Below, in pieces: positions 26,503 through 35,521 of a stretch of DNA of 64,000 bases. The stretch's first letter is position 1. Each line of letters begins with the position of its first letter. The DNA lies in assembly GCA_900540495.1 (NCBI GenBank), contig UQGA01000004.1, positions 46,816-110,815 of the forward strand, in the 5' to 3' direction. The notes under the pieces are model-generated. The model saw only the letters and a program-made list of their open reading frames with translations. It was not told where the DNA came from and did no database searches. This DNA comes from an uncultured Eubacteriales bacterium (lineage in GTDB: Bacteria > Bacillota > Clostridia > Christensenellales > CAG-138). Both the position numbers and the translations under genes were made by a program.

Positions 26503-27230
26503 GCGCAGGCACCTCCTTCACAGCGGGCGAGCACGACGGTGATGTTGTCGCTCTCGCCGCTGTCGAGCGCCTCCTGTACGAGCCGGTCGGCCATCTCGTC
26601 GAGCGTGCCGCCGGAGCGCAGGATCTCGGCAAGGCGCGCGTCCTCCAGGCAGCCGATCAGCCCGTCCGAACACAGCAGCAGGATATCGCCCCGCTTCCAC
26701 GAGCGGTCGAACAGGTCGGCCTCCACGCGCAGGCCGATGCCGATGGCGCGCGTGATGATGTTGCGCCGCGGGTGGGCGCGCGCCTGCTCGCGCGTGATCT
26801 TGCCGGAGCGCACGAGCATCTCCACGAGCGAATGATCGGTCGTGACCTGCGTGAGCGTATCGCCGTCGAAATGATACAGGCGGCTGTCGCCCACGTTGGC
26901 GACGAGGAAGCGGCTGCCGCTGAGCAGCGCGCAAACGAGCGTTGCGCCCATGCCGTGCAGGGCGGGATCGTCCTGCGCGGCGCGGTACACGTCGAGATTC
27001 ACGTGCGCGATGGCCCGCTGCAGCGCGGCGAGCGGATCTTCTGCAAAGCTGTGGCGCAGTTCTTCGAGCATGCCGTTCACCGTCATGGTGCTCGCCGTTT
27101 CGCCGGCGGCGTGGCCGCCCATGCCATCCGATACGGCGACGAACTGCATCCCCTCCGCCTGCTTTGGCACGCAGGCCCGGTCCTCGTTGTGGGCGCGCCG
27201 CCCGATATGGGATCTAATCGCGTATTTCAT
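26499..27230 (-). CDS. stp: PP2C-family Ser/Thr phosphatase (Stp/PrpC)
   Basis: 243 aa. RAHNEDR, VSDGMGGHAAGE, LLCSDGL motifs. Overlaps the prkC start by 4 nt. Confidence 0.9.
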   Translation of the reverse strand: MKYAIRSHIGRRAHNEDRACVPKQAEGMQFVAVSDGMGGHAAGETASTMTVNGMLEELRHSFAEDPLAALQRAIAHVNLDVYRAAQDDPALHGMGATLVCALLSGSRFLVANVGDSRLYHFDGDTLTQVTTDHSLVEMLVRSGKITREQARAHPRRNIITRAIGIGLRVEADLFDRSWKRGDILLLCSDGLIGCLEDARLAEILRSGGTLDEMADRLVQEALDSGESDNITVVLARCEGGACA

Positions 27231-28254
27231 GCAGTACCCTCCGTCGCAACTGGCCGCAGGCGCCCTCGATGTCCGCGCCCATTTCGCGCCGCACGGTTGC
27301 GGAGACGCCCTCGCGCGTCAGCCAGTTCAAAAATGCCGCCGCCTCCTGCCGCGTCGCCCCCGCCAGATTGCGCTCGGGCACGGGGTTGAGCGGGATCAGG
27401 TTCACATGGCAGTTGATGCCGCGCAGCCGCCGCGCGAGCGCCACGGCGTCCGATTCGGCGGCGTTGAGCCCACGGATGAGCGCATATTCAAACACGACCC
27501 GCCGCCCCGTCGTCTCTGCGTATCGTTTGGCCGCACGCAGCAGGTCCGCGATGGGATAGACGCGGTTGACGGGCATGATGCGGCTGCGCGTCTCGTCGTC
27601 GTGCGCGTGCAGCGAAACCGACAGCGTCACATGCGGCGCCTCCTCCGTAAACCGTTCCAGCTCCGGCAAAAGCCCGCATGTCGAGACCGAGATGTTGCGC
27701 GGGCTGATGTTCCTGCCGTCCGGACTCGTGACAAGCCGCAAAAAGCGCAGGACGTTGTCGAGGTTGTCCATCGGCTCTCCACTGCCCATGAGCACCACGT
27801 TCGTCACCGTGCGCCTGCCCTCCGGCGCCGGTTCGTCGCGTTCGATGGCGGCGATCTGGCCGAGCATTTCGCCCGCGTGCAGGCTGCGTACGCAGCCCTC
27901 GAGCGTGGAAGCGCAGAACGCGCAGCCCATCCGGCAGCCCACCTGCGTGGAAAGACAGGCGGTGTTGCCGTACTTGTAGCGCATGAGCACGCCCTCGATC
28001 AGGTTCCCGTCCTCAAGCGCAAAGAGGTATTTGACCGTGCCGTCGCGCGCGGAGATGCGCTTGCGGTCGATCTCCACGGCGCCGAACGGCAGCGCCTGCA
28101 GCCGCTCCCGCAGCGCTTTGGGCAGATCGGTCATGTCCGACGGGCGCACGCCGCGCGTCAGCCAGGCATAGACCTGGCGCGCCCGGTAGTGTGGCTGGCC
28201 CAATTCGTCCAGCAGCGCGCCAATTTCGTCGAACGATTGCTCCGTCAGGTACAT
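27214..28254 (-). CDS. rlmN: 23S rRNA/tRNA (adenine-C2)-methyltransferase RlmN (radical SAM)
   Basis: 346 aa. Radical-SAM cluster CRMGCAFCAS. C-terminal GACGQL. Confidence 0.93.
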   Translation of the reverse strand: MYLTEQSFDEIGALLDELGQPHYRARQVYAWLTRGVRPSDMTDLPKALRERLQALPFGAVEIDRKRISARDGTVKYLFALEDGNLIEGVLMRYKYGNTACLSTQVGCRMGCAFCASTLEGCVRSLHAGEMLGQIAAIERDEPAPEGRRTVTNVVLMGSGEPMDNLDNVLRFLRLVTSPDGRNISPRNISVSTCGLLPELERFTEEAPHVTLSVSLHAHDDETRSRIMPVNRVYPIADLLRAAKRYAETTGRRVVFEYALIRGLNAAESDAVALARRLRGINCHVNLIPLNPVPERNLAGATRQEAAAFLNWLTREGVSATVRREMGADIEGACGQLRRRVLHEIRD

Positions 28255-29513
28255 CTTCGCATCCTCGCCATGTAGAATCCCTCGGTGCCGTGCACATGGG
28301 GCAGCAGCTGCAACGATGCCCCGTCCGCGAACGGCAGCCGGTCCGGGATAAAATCTGCCCGCCGTGCCAAGAAGGCCGCGACCTGCGCCTCGTTTTCACG
28401 CGCGCTGATCGTGCAGGTTGCATACACGAGCAGGCCGCCGGGGCGGACGTAGCGCGCGCATGTGTCGAGGATGGCGGACTGCAGCGCCGCGAGCGCGTCG
28501 ATATCCGCCGCCGTTTTGCCGTAGCGCAGGTCGGGCTTGCCGGTGAGCAGCCCGAGGCCGGAGCACGGCGCATCCACGAGCACCGCGTCGAATGCATCCG
28601 AAAACGAGGGGTCAAAAGCCGCTGCGTCACGCCGCTCAATGCGGGCGGCGACATGCAGACGGTCGAGCGTGCGCGCAAGCAGCGCCGCACGGTGCTCATG
28701 CAGCTCGAAGCAGGTGAGCGCCACGTCGTTTTCCGCCAACGAGGCGATATACGCGCTCTTGCCGCCCGGGGCGGCGCACGCGTCGAGCACACGCAGCCCG
28801 CGGCAATCGCCGAGCGCCCGGCATGCCAGCATCGCCCCCTCGCCCTGCACGGCCATCCGGCCGGACAGGAACGGCGCGCAGGCCGTCACGTCGAGGCCGC
28901 GCCCCAGGCGCAGGCAGTTCGGGTCCATGCGGCCGCGCTCGGCGGGACAGGGCAGCGCGGCGAGCAGACCGGCCACGGTTTCCGGATACTGCGGCCGCAC
29001 GCATTGCGGCAGCGGCGGGCAGGCCATCAGGCGTTTCGCCTCCTGTGCGCCCCGCTCGTGCATCCACATGCGCGCAAGCCAGAGCGGATAGCTGTACCGG
29101 ACGGACAGGCGCTCGTCCGCCGCCTCCGGCAAGGGAGGCAGCGCGTCGCGCTCACGGTCGATGCGGCGCAACACGGCGTTGACGAACCCGGCGACGGCGC
29201 CCTTGCCGAGCGAGCGGCACAACGAGACGTACTCCGATACCGCCGCATGCGGCGGCGTGCGCAGAAACAGCAGCTCGCACGCGCCCAGCCGCAGGATGGC
29301 GCGCACGGCCTTCTTCTGGCGCTGCGGCGCGTAGGCGGCGAGGATATGGTCAAGGTAGAGCAGGTGGTCGAGCGTGGCGTACAAGAGCGCGGACAGAAAC
29401 CGCGCGTCCGTTTCATCCAGCCCGGCCTGCGCCTGTTTCAGCCGGAGGTTGGCATAGGCGCCGCCGTCGGTGACGTCGCACAACACCGCGAGCGCCAGAC
29501 GCCGGACGTTCAC
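28245..29513 (-). CDS. rsmB: 16S rRNA (cytosine967-C5)-methyltransferase RsmB
   Basis: 422 aa. NusB-like N-terminal domain, SAM-binding DACAAPGGKS, catalytic region DAPCSGLG...YATCT. Confidence 0.9.
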   Translation of the reverse strand: MNVRRLALAVLCDVTDGGAYANLRLKQAQAGLDETDARFLSALLYATLDHLLYLDHILAAYAPQRQKKAVRAILRLGACELLFLRTPPHAAVSEYVSLCRSLGKGAVAGFVNAVLRRIDRERDALPPLPEAADERLSVRYSYPLWLARMWMHERGAQEAKRLMACPPLPQCVRPQYPETVAGLLAALPCPAERGRMDPNCLRLGRGLDVTACAPFLSGRMAVQGEGAMLACRALGDCRGLRVLDACAAPGGKSAYIASLAENDVALTCFELHEHRAALLARTLDRLHVAARIERRDAAAFDPSFSDAFDAVLVDAPCSGLGLLTGKPDLRYGKTAADIDALAALQSAILDTCARYVRPGGLLVYATCTISARENEAQVAAFLARRADFIPDRLPFADGASLQLLPHVHGTEGFYMARMRRCT

Positions 29514-30439
29514 GACAGCGTCCGGCCCACGATGGGCCTGCCGCGCAGGAAAGCGCGGCCGTCGAGCCGCTTGCCGCCCGCCGCCTGCACCTCGATCAGC
29601 TCAATCAGGCCGTCCGCGCACTGGACGAACAGGCCCTCCTTTGCGCCGCCCACGCACGCGCCGGGGGGCAGCGCGGCGCCGCCGGCTGCCGCAGGGCGCG
29701 TTTTCCAGATCTTCAGCACGCTGCCGTCGTCCAGCGTGGCGTAGGCGCCGGGCCACGGGTTTACGCCGCGCACTCGGTCATGCACGCGCTGCACCGGCTC
29801 GGAAAAATCCAGTTTGCCGTGTTCCTTTTTCAACATGCGGCAGCGGGTGGCAAGCGCCTCGTCCTGTGGAATCCGCAAGAGCGTGCCGTTTTCCAGGGCC
29901 TCCAGCGTGCGCAGCAGTACGCGCGCGCCGATCAGCGACAACCTCTCGTACAGCTCGCCCGCCGTTTCTTCCGGGCCGATGGGCGTTTCTTCGGCAAGCA
30001 GAATATCACCCGTATCCATACCGATATCGGTCATCATGGTCGTCACGCCGGTCGTCCGCTCCCCCTCGATAATCGCCCACTGGATGGGCGCCGCTCCGCG
30101 GTATTTGGGCAGCAACGAGCCGTGGACGTTGATGCAGCCGAGCGGCGGCACGTCCAGGTTTTCCTGTGAAAGGAGCTGGCCAAACGCCGCCGTGACCATG
30201 AGATCCGGCCCAAACGCCCGCAAAGCCGCGACGCCCTCCGCGCTGCGGATGCGCTCAAACTGATAGACCGGGATGCCGTGCGCCTGGGCGAGCGCCTTCA
30301 CCGGCGTGGGCGCGACCGTGCCGTGCCGGCCCGCCGGCCGGTCCGGCTGTGAAAAGGCGCAGAGCACATGCCCCGCATCGATAAGCGCCTGCAACGACGG
30401 GACGGCGAACGCCGGCGTACCCAAAAACGCAATCCTCAT
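29510..30439 (-). CDS. fmt: Methionyl-tRNA formyltransferase
   Basis: 309 aa. MRIAFLGTPAFAVPSL, HGSLLPKYRGAAPIQ. Strong SD GGAGG (30451-30447) 7 nt before ATG 30439. Confidence 0.93.
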   Translation of the reverse strand: MRIAFLGTPAFAVPSLQALIDAGHVLCAFSQPDRPAGRHGTVAPTPVKALAQAHGIPVYQFERIRSAEGVAALRAFGPDLMVTAAFGQLLSQENLDVPPLGCINVHGSLLPKYRGAAPIQWAIIEGERTTGVTTMMTDIGMDTGDILLAEETPIGPEETAGELYERLSLIGARVLLRTLEALENGTLLRIPQDEALATRCRMLKKEHGKLDFSEPVQRVHDRVRGVNPWPGAYATLDDGSVLKIWKTRPAAAGGAALPPGACVGGAKEGLFVQCADGLIELIEVQAAGGKRLDGRAFLRGRPIVGRTLS

Positions 30440-30849
30440 GGTCTTTCCTCCTGTTGCCGCAAAGGGCGCGCATCCATGCTTTTGCCGTGCGGCGCCCCTG
30501 CGCTTTCCGCGGCGGTCGTTCGTGCCGCCTGCCGGCCATGCCGCCGTCCTTTGCCGCCGTCGTCCCGGACCGCGTACCCCCTACCGGCCGCCCGGCCGTC
30601 CATGCTGGCGCTTCCGGCGGAGGCGGCCCGCACCGAACGTCCGCCCGTTCCAGCCGGACGACCATGCGGTTCCGCTCCGGCGGGCGGACGCGCCAAACGC
30701 TTTCCGCGGCGACCGTCCCTCTGCCGCCGGCCGCGGGTGCTCCTGCTTCGCCGCCCGTTGCGCCCGGACTGCACATCCTTCGCCGGCCGTCGCCTCCCAC
30801 GGCTTGCGCCGCCCCTTGCATCCGTGTGCGCGCAAAAGTCCGGGCTGTT

Positions 30850-30883
30850 GCGCATCCCGTATGGCGGGAACGCAGGGACGGGG
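30850..30883. repeat. 34-bp perfect repeat, copy 1 (extends imperfectly to about 30935)
   Basis: gcgcatcccgtatggcgggaacgcagggacgggg. Contains the interrupted hairpin TGCG-ca-TCCCG-tatgg-CGGGA-a-CGCA. Confidence 0.95.
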
Positions 30884-31105
30884 GCCGCGCGGAATCTGGT
30901 ATCGGACGTCCCCCGCATGGCACGGCCCTGTCGGCCGCAAAACCCTTCCGGCATGGTCGGGGCTTAACGCCGTCCGGCCGTTCGTGCCGCCTGCCGGCCT
31001 CTCCCTTGCCGCCGTACCCGATGCGGGCGCGTTCCCGCTCGCCGGACAAACCCGTTTCCCTGCGGGCGCTGCAGGCCCCGGCGCTTTGCCGCCGTCCACC
31101 GCATG

Positions 31106-31139
31106 GCGCATCCCGTATGGCGGGAACGCAGGGACGGGG
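31106..31139. repeat. 34-bp perfect repeat, copy 2 (extends imperfectly to about 31190)
   Basis: Identical 34-mer 256 bp from copy 1. A second 21-bp perfect pair cgttcgtgccgcctgccggcc lies at 30517-30537 and 30979-30999. Confidence 0.95.
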
Positions 31140-31364
31140 TTGCGCGGGATCCGGTTCCGGACGCCGTTGCATGGGCGGCCGCACCGGCCGCCGGTTTTAC
31201 ACGTCGCGCCATGCCGCTTTGCGATCCGGTCTGCGCCAATCACCCTGCGGGCGGGAGCTTCCCGAACCGGGAAACATCCGGCCGGAGGCCTGCCGCCCGG
31301 CAAAGGGGCTTACCCGCCGCTTTTGTGCGGCGCCAGGCCGCCCGCAACCCCGGGCGGATACCTG

Positions 31365-31844
31365 TCATTCGCCGGCGGCAATGCGACCGTTGAATCCCTC
31401 CGGCGGTTCCTTCCTGAGTCGCAGGAACGTCAACCCATCCAGATGATCCAACTCGTGCTGCACCGCGCGGGCGAACAGGCCCTCCGTTTCATAGACGCGC
31501 AGCGTGCCGTACCGGTCGTATCCCTCTACGGTCACGCGGTTGGCGCGCTCCACATACCCGGATTGCCCGGGAAACGAGAGACAGCCCTCGATGTCGCCCT
31601 GCAGGCCCTCGCTGTGCGTGATGCGCGGGTTGATGAGCTCCACCGGCCCTTCGCCAACGTCGATCACCACGGCGCGGCGCAGCACGCCGATCTGCGGCGC
31701 AGCCAGCCCCACCCCGTCGGCATGGTACATGGTTTCAAACATATCGTCGAGCAGTTCCTTCAGCCGCGCGTCAAAGCGCTCGACCGGGCGGCACGCCTTT
31801 GTCAGGCAGGGATCGTCGTTGGTGCGGATGGTTCTCAGGGCCAT
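31365..31844 (-). CDS. def: Peptide deformylase
   Basis: 159 aa. The three deformylase motifs GVGLAAPQIG, EGCLSFPG, QHELDHLDG. Confidence 0.93.
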   Translation of the reverse strand: MALRTIRTNDDPCLTKACRPVERFDARLKELLDDMFETMYHADGVGLAAPQIGVLRRAVVIDVGEGPVELINPRITHSEGLQGDIEGCLSFPGQSGYVERANRVTVEGYDRYGTLRVYETEGLFARAVQHELDHLDGLTFLRLRKEPPEGFNGRIAAGE

Positions 31845-31924
31845 GGGTTCGTTCCTTCCTTTTGCGCCGTGCGGCCGCGGCTTGTCCGCGTCGCAGCGCG
31901 ACGACCGTATAATTTTCCTTGTAT

Positions 31925-31953
31925 ATTATACCGCAATGCGGTTGCGCTGTAAA
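31925..31953 (-). promoter_or_regulatory. Candidate sigma-A promoter for def
   Basis: Minus strand TTTACA (31953-31948) - 17 nt - TATAAT (31930-31925), about 80 nt upstream of def ATG. Confidence 0.6.
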
Positions 31954-31956
31954 GGA

Positions 31957-31989
31957 AACCGGCGGTTGATTTGCGTTTAACCGCCGGTT
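31957..31989. promoter_or_regulatory. Perfect 11-bp inverted repeat between divergent promoters
   Basis: aaccggcggtt (31957-31967) - 11 nt - aaccgccggtt (31979-31989). Abuts the def -35 and lies upstream of the XRE/LiaF-like gene. Confidence 0.4.
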
Positions 31990-32079
31990 GAGCAAAATTC
32001 GCAAACTTGACGAACCGGCGCTGTTCAAAATCGCCGGCATATGGTATGCTTTTGCCAGAAAACGAGGAGGCTTGGGAAT

Positions 32080-33126
32080 ATGGAAGAGACCGCAACGATG
32101 GGCAAGCGCATCGCCGCGCTGCGCAAGCAGGCGGGATTGACACAGGAACAGCTGGCCGAGCAGCTGGGCGTGACCGCGCAGGCCGTCAGCAAGTGGGAAA
32201 ACGACGTGTCCTGCCCGGATATCTCGCTGCTGCCGAAGATTTCCCGGATACTGGGCGTCAGCACGGACGAGCTGCTGGGCGTGCGCCCGGTGGAGCCGCG
32301 AGTGGTGGTCGTGGATACCGATAAGGGGCGCCGGGCGGAGGACGAGGAGGGCAAGCACTCGATCAACTGGAACTGGAAATGGGACGGCGGCCTGCGCGGC
32401 GGCGTGTTCTGGGGCCTGCTGCTTGCGCTCGTGGGCATGGCGCTGCTGCTCGACCGGCTGGGACTCTGGCCGCTGGCGGGCAAGCCCACGTTCTGGGGGA
32501 TCGTCTGGCCGGCCGCGCTGCTCGGGATGAGCATCGCGTGGATTTGCAAGCGGTTCTCCCTCTTCAACCTCGCGTTGGCGCTGCTGGGGCTCTATTACCT
32601 CCTGTTCAACCTCGGCGCGGTCACCTATGCGTTGAGCTGGAACGTCATCTGGCCGGCCGCGCTCGTGGTGGTCGGCCTGTCGGTCCTGCTCGACCAGACC
32701 TTTCCCCGGTTGTTCAGAAGAAACCGTTTCAGCTTTTCCTGCGGGGACGCCGACAAGCGCAGGCCGGTGGATGCGTACACCGAGGAGGACGGGTTTGTCC
32801 GCATGACGTGCGCGTTTTCGGATGTCAGGCACGAGGCTTCGGGCAACAGGGATTTTATCGGCGGGGACATGGACGTTTCCTTCGGCGAGGCAACGCTGGA
32901 TTTGACCGAATGCGAGCGATTCGCTCCCGGTGCAAAGCTGAAGGTTGACGTTTCGTTCGGCTCTGCCGTCGTGCTGCTGTCGCGCAACGTGCGCCTTCAG
33001 CCGGATCTCGACCGTTCGTTCGGTTCGAGTACTGTCAAGGGTGCGCCGGACGCGGAGGCGCCGTATACCCTTGCCGTCCGGGGAGACGTATCGTTCGGGA
33101 ACGTCACGTTCCGCTATTGCGACTGA
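32080..33126 (+). CDS. Membrane-bound XRE-family HTH protein with LiaF-like C-terminal domain
   Basis: In track ORF 32041..33126. SD GAGGAGG, then ATG 32080. HTH LTQEQLAEQLGVTAQAVSKWEN, several TM helices, C-terminal repetitive beta domain (DVSFGEATLDL...VDVSFGSAVV...GDVSFGNVTF). Confidence 0.8.
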   Translation: MEETATMGKRIAALRKQAGLTQEQLAEQLGVTAQAVSKWENDVSCPDISLLPKISRILGVSTDELLGVRPVEPRVVVVDTDKGRRAEDEEGKHSINWNWKWDGGLRGGVFWGLLLALVGMALLLDRLGLWPLAGKPTFWGIVWPAALLGMSIAWICKRFSLFNLALALLGLYYLLFNLGAVTYALSWNVIWPAALVVVGLSVLLDQTFPRLFRRNRFSFSCGDADKRRPVDAYTEEDGFVRMTCAFSDVRHEASGNRDFIGGDMDVSFGEATLDLTECERFAPGAKLKVDVSFGSAVVLLSRNVRLQPDLDRSFGSSTVKGAPDAEAPYTLAVRGDVSFGNVTFRYCD

Positions 33127-33237
33127 GAGCGCCTGCCGTTCGAGCCGGTTGGAGCTGCGGCCGCCTGCGGGCGCGGAGCGCTCGCGGCCCCTTGCCGCCT
33201 GCCGGCGTGGCGCCCGGCGGTATGGATTGCAACAACA

Positions 33238-33270
33238 GAAAAGCCGGGGGCGATGCCGCCCCCGGCTTTG
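33238..33270. terminator. Bidirectional intrinsic terminator between convergent genes
   Basis: 11-bp stem agccgggggcg (33242-33252)/cgcccccggct (33257-33267), flanked by A-run upstream and ttg downstream. The minus-strand reading gives a TTTTCTGTTGTT tail. Confidence 0.75.
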
Positions 33271-33281
33271 TCGCAAAGGGA

Positions 33282-35357
33282 TTATTCGTCCTCTTCCTCT
33301 TCGCGCTTGGCCTGCTCGATGATCTTCTGCGCCAGATTGCCCGGCACATCCTCGTAGCGCACAAACTCGGACTTGAAGGAACCGCGCGCCTGCGTCATGG
33401 AGCGCAGGTCGGTCGCATACTTGAACATCTCGGACAGCGGCGCTTCCGCCACGACCTCCGTCATGCCGCCGTCCACCGGGTTCATGCCCAGCATGCGGCC
33501 GCGGCGGCGGTTCAGGTCGCCGATGATATCGCCCACGTAGTCGGACGGGACGAGGATGTCATAGCGATAGATCGGCTCGATCAGCGCCGGCGAAGCCTTG
33601 GCGCAGGCGGCCTTGTAGGACAGGCGGGCGGCCGATTTGAACGCGACCTCCTTGGAGTCCACCGGGTGGTATTTGCCGTCGTAGAGCGTGGCCTTGATGC
33701 CGACCATCGGATAGCCGGCCAGCACGCCGTGCAGCATCGCCTCGCGCAGGCCCTTTTCGACCGCGGGGATGTACTCCTTGGGCACCACGCCGCCCACGAT
33801 GGCGTTGACGAACTCGAAATCGCTCCCGTCGGGCGTCGGCTCAAAGCGCATCTGCACCACGCCGAACTGGCCGCTGCCGCCGGATTGTTTCTTGTGCTTG
33901 CCCTCGGCTTCGGCGCTTGAATGGATGGTCTCGCGGTAGGGGATGCGCGGATCGGAGAGCACGGCCTCCACGTTGGACTTGTTCTTGAGCTTGCTGCACA
34001 CCACGTCGATGTGCATTTCGCCGAGGCCCTGGATGAGCACGTCGCCCGTCTCGGCGTTCTTTTCGATGCCGATGGTCGGGTCCTCCTCGCGGATGCGGTT
34101 GAGGCCGGAGATGACCTTATCGTCCTCGCCCTGCTTTTTGGCGGTGACGGCAAGGCTGATGCACGGGGCCGGGAACTCGATGGCGGGGAAGCGCACCGGG
34201 TTGGCCGCGTCGCAGAGCGTGTCGCCGGTGGCGGTGAACTGCAGCTTGGCCAGCGCGCCGATATCGCCCGCATGCAGCCGGTCGAGCGCGATGGTTTTCT
34301 TGCCGCGCATCAGGTACGGCGCGCCGGGCTTTTCCTGCTTTTCGGCGTTGCTGTTGTAGGGCGCAAGGTTCGCGTCGAGCGAGCCGGCGTAAACCTTGAC
34401 GATGGAATACTTGCCGAACTGGTCGATGACCGTCTTGAGCACCTGCGCGGCGAACGGGCCGTCCTGCCGGATCTCGACCTCGGCGCCGCTCCGGACGTCG
34501 ACGGCCTTCTTGGGCTTGACCTGATCGGCTGCCGGCAGATAGTGCACCAGGTTGTCCAGCAGCGTGGACACGCCGATGTTGAGCGCGGCGGACACGCAGC
34601 ACACGGGCGTGACGATGCCCTCGCGCACGCCGACGGACAGGCCCTTGAGGATGTCCTCGCGGGAGAGCTCGCCGTCCTCAAAATATTTTTCCATCAGCTC
34701 CTCGTCGCTCTCGGCGGCGGCCTCGGTCAGCTTTTCAAACAGCTCCTGCGCCTCCGCCGCGAGGCCGGCGGGGATCTCGGTCTCCTTTTCGCCCTTGCCG
34801 TCGAACAGGCGGCCGATCATATGCACGATATCGACATAGCCCTTGAAGGCGCCGCCCTCGATGATCGGCAGTTGGATGGGTACCACGGAGGGGCCGAATT
34901 TTTCGTTCACAGCGGCCATGACCTTTTCAAAGCTGGCGTTCTCGCGGTCGAGCTGGTTGATGACCATCATGCGGGCCTTGCCCTGCTTCTGGCACATCGC
35001 CATCGCCTTCTCCGCGCCCACGACGGGGCCGGACACCGCACCGACGACGATCAGCGCGCTGTCGGCCAGTTCCATTGCCGCCGTCACCTCGCCGTAAAAG
35101 TCGAAAAAGCCCGGCGCATCGATGACGTTCACCTTGCAGCCCTTCCACTCGAGCGGCGCGAGCGCGGCGTTGATGGAGATGGTGCGTTTGATCTCCTCCG
35201 GGTCAAAGTCGGTGGTCGTCGTGCCGTTCTCGACCTTGCCCAGGCGCTCGAGCAGCCCGGCGTTGAACAGCATGGCTTCCGTAAGCGTGGTCTTGCCCTC
35301 GCCGCCGTGGCCGAAAACGCCGATGTTGCGGATGTCTTTTGCGGTGTATTCTTTCAT
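33282..35357 (-). CDS. Elongation factor G paralogue (EF-G2-like translational GTPase)
   Basis: 691 aa. G1 GHGGEGKTT, DAPGFFDF, five EF-G-like domains. Not in an str-operon context, so likely the second EF-G-family copy. Confidence 0.88.
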   Translation of the reverse strand: MKEYTAKDIRNIGVFGHGGEGKTTLTEAMLFNAGLLERLGKVENGTTTTDFDPEEIKRTISINAALAPLEWKGCKVNVIDAPGFFDFYGEVTAAMELADSALIVVGAVSGPVVGAEKAMAMCQKQGKARMMVINQLDRENASFEKVMAAVNEKFGPSVVPIQLPIIEGGAFKGYVDIVHMIGRLFDGKGEKETEIPAGLAAEAQELFEKLTEAAAESDEELMEKYFEDGELSREDILKGLSVGVREGIVTPVCCVSAALNIGVSTLLDNLVHYLPAADQVKPKKAVDVRSGAEVEIRQDGPFAAQVLKTVIDQFGKYSIVKVYAGSLDANLAPYNSNAEKQEKPGAPYLMRGKKTIALDRLHAGDIGALAKLQFTATGDTLCDAANPVRFPAIEFPAPCISLAVTAKKQGEDDKVISGLNRIREEDPTIGIEKNAETGDVLIQGLGEMHIDVVCSKLKNKSNVEAVLSDPRIPYRETIHSSAEAEGKHKKQSGGSGQFGVVQMRFEPTPDGSDFEFVNAIVGGVVPKEYIPAVEKGLREAMLHGVLAGYPMVGIKATLYDGKYHPVDSKEVAFKSAARLSYKAACAKASPALIEPIYRYDILVPSDYVGDIIGDLNRRRGRMLGMNPVDGGMTEVVAEAPLSEMFKYATDLRSMTQARGSFKSEFVRYEDVPGNLAQKIIEQAKREEEEDE

Positions 35358-35436
35358 TCCGGTACCCCCTGCATATGGTTGATGCGCATATAAATGGATC
35401 CCCTTCGGGCGGGAAAACCCATGATAGCCAACGATT

Positions 35437-35465
35437 ATATTATCAGTTTCGCAGCAAATTGTAAA
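35437..35465 (-). promoter_or_regulatory. Candidate promoter for the EF-G paralogue
   Basis: Minus strand TTTACA (35465-35460) - 17 nt - TAATAT (35442-35437). Leaves a leader of about 75-80 nt before ATG 35357. Confidence 0.55.
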
Positions 35466-35521
35466 CCATCAATTTGAAACATTTGCCCGTTTCCTTTGGC
35501 CCGCGGGCCGGGGGACGGTTT

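Larger units (their letters stand above)
30440..31364 (-). other. 925-bp GC-rich, ORF-free, repeat-containing spacer between def and fmt (R3)
   Basis: All track ORFs across it translate to Arg/Pro/Gly/Ala-rich junk without SDs. No A/T-rich promoter-like element or strong terminator was seen in the sense orientation. Internal repeats are listed separately. Confidence 0.8.

Noticed and set aside
30255-31952. Several 170-560-aa ORFs on both strands spanning the def-fmt spacer (30255..31184 -, 30273..31952 +, 30454..31446 +, 30581..31303 -).
   Set aside because: Their translations are Arg/Pro/Gly/Ala-rich junk. They overlap one another and the real fmt and def genes in wrong frames. None has an SD near any start. 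The repeats inside the region translate differently in each copy.
33015-33035. tRNA T-arm-like string (ggttcgagt).
   Set aside because: The string lies inside a well-supported CDS (32080..33126). No acceptor or anticodon stems can be drawn around it. No other tRNA- or rRNA-like segments were seen in the window.
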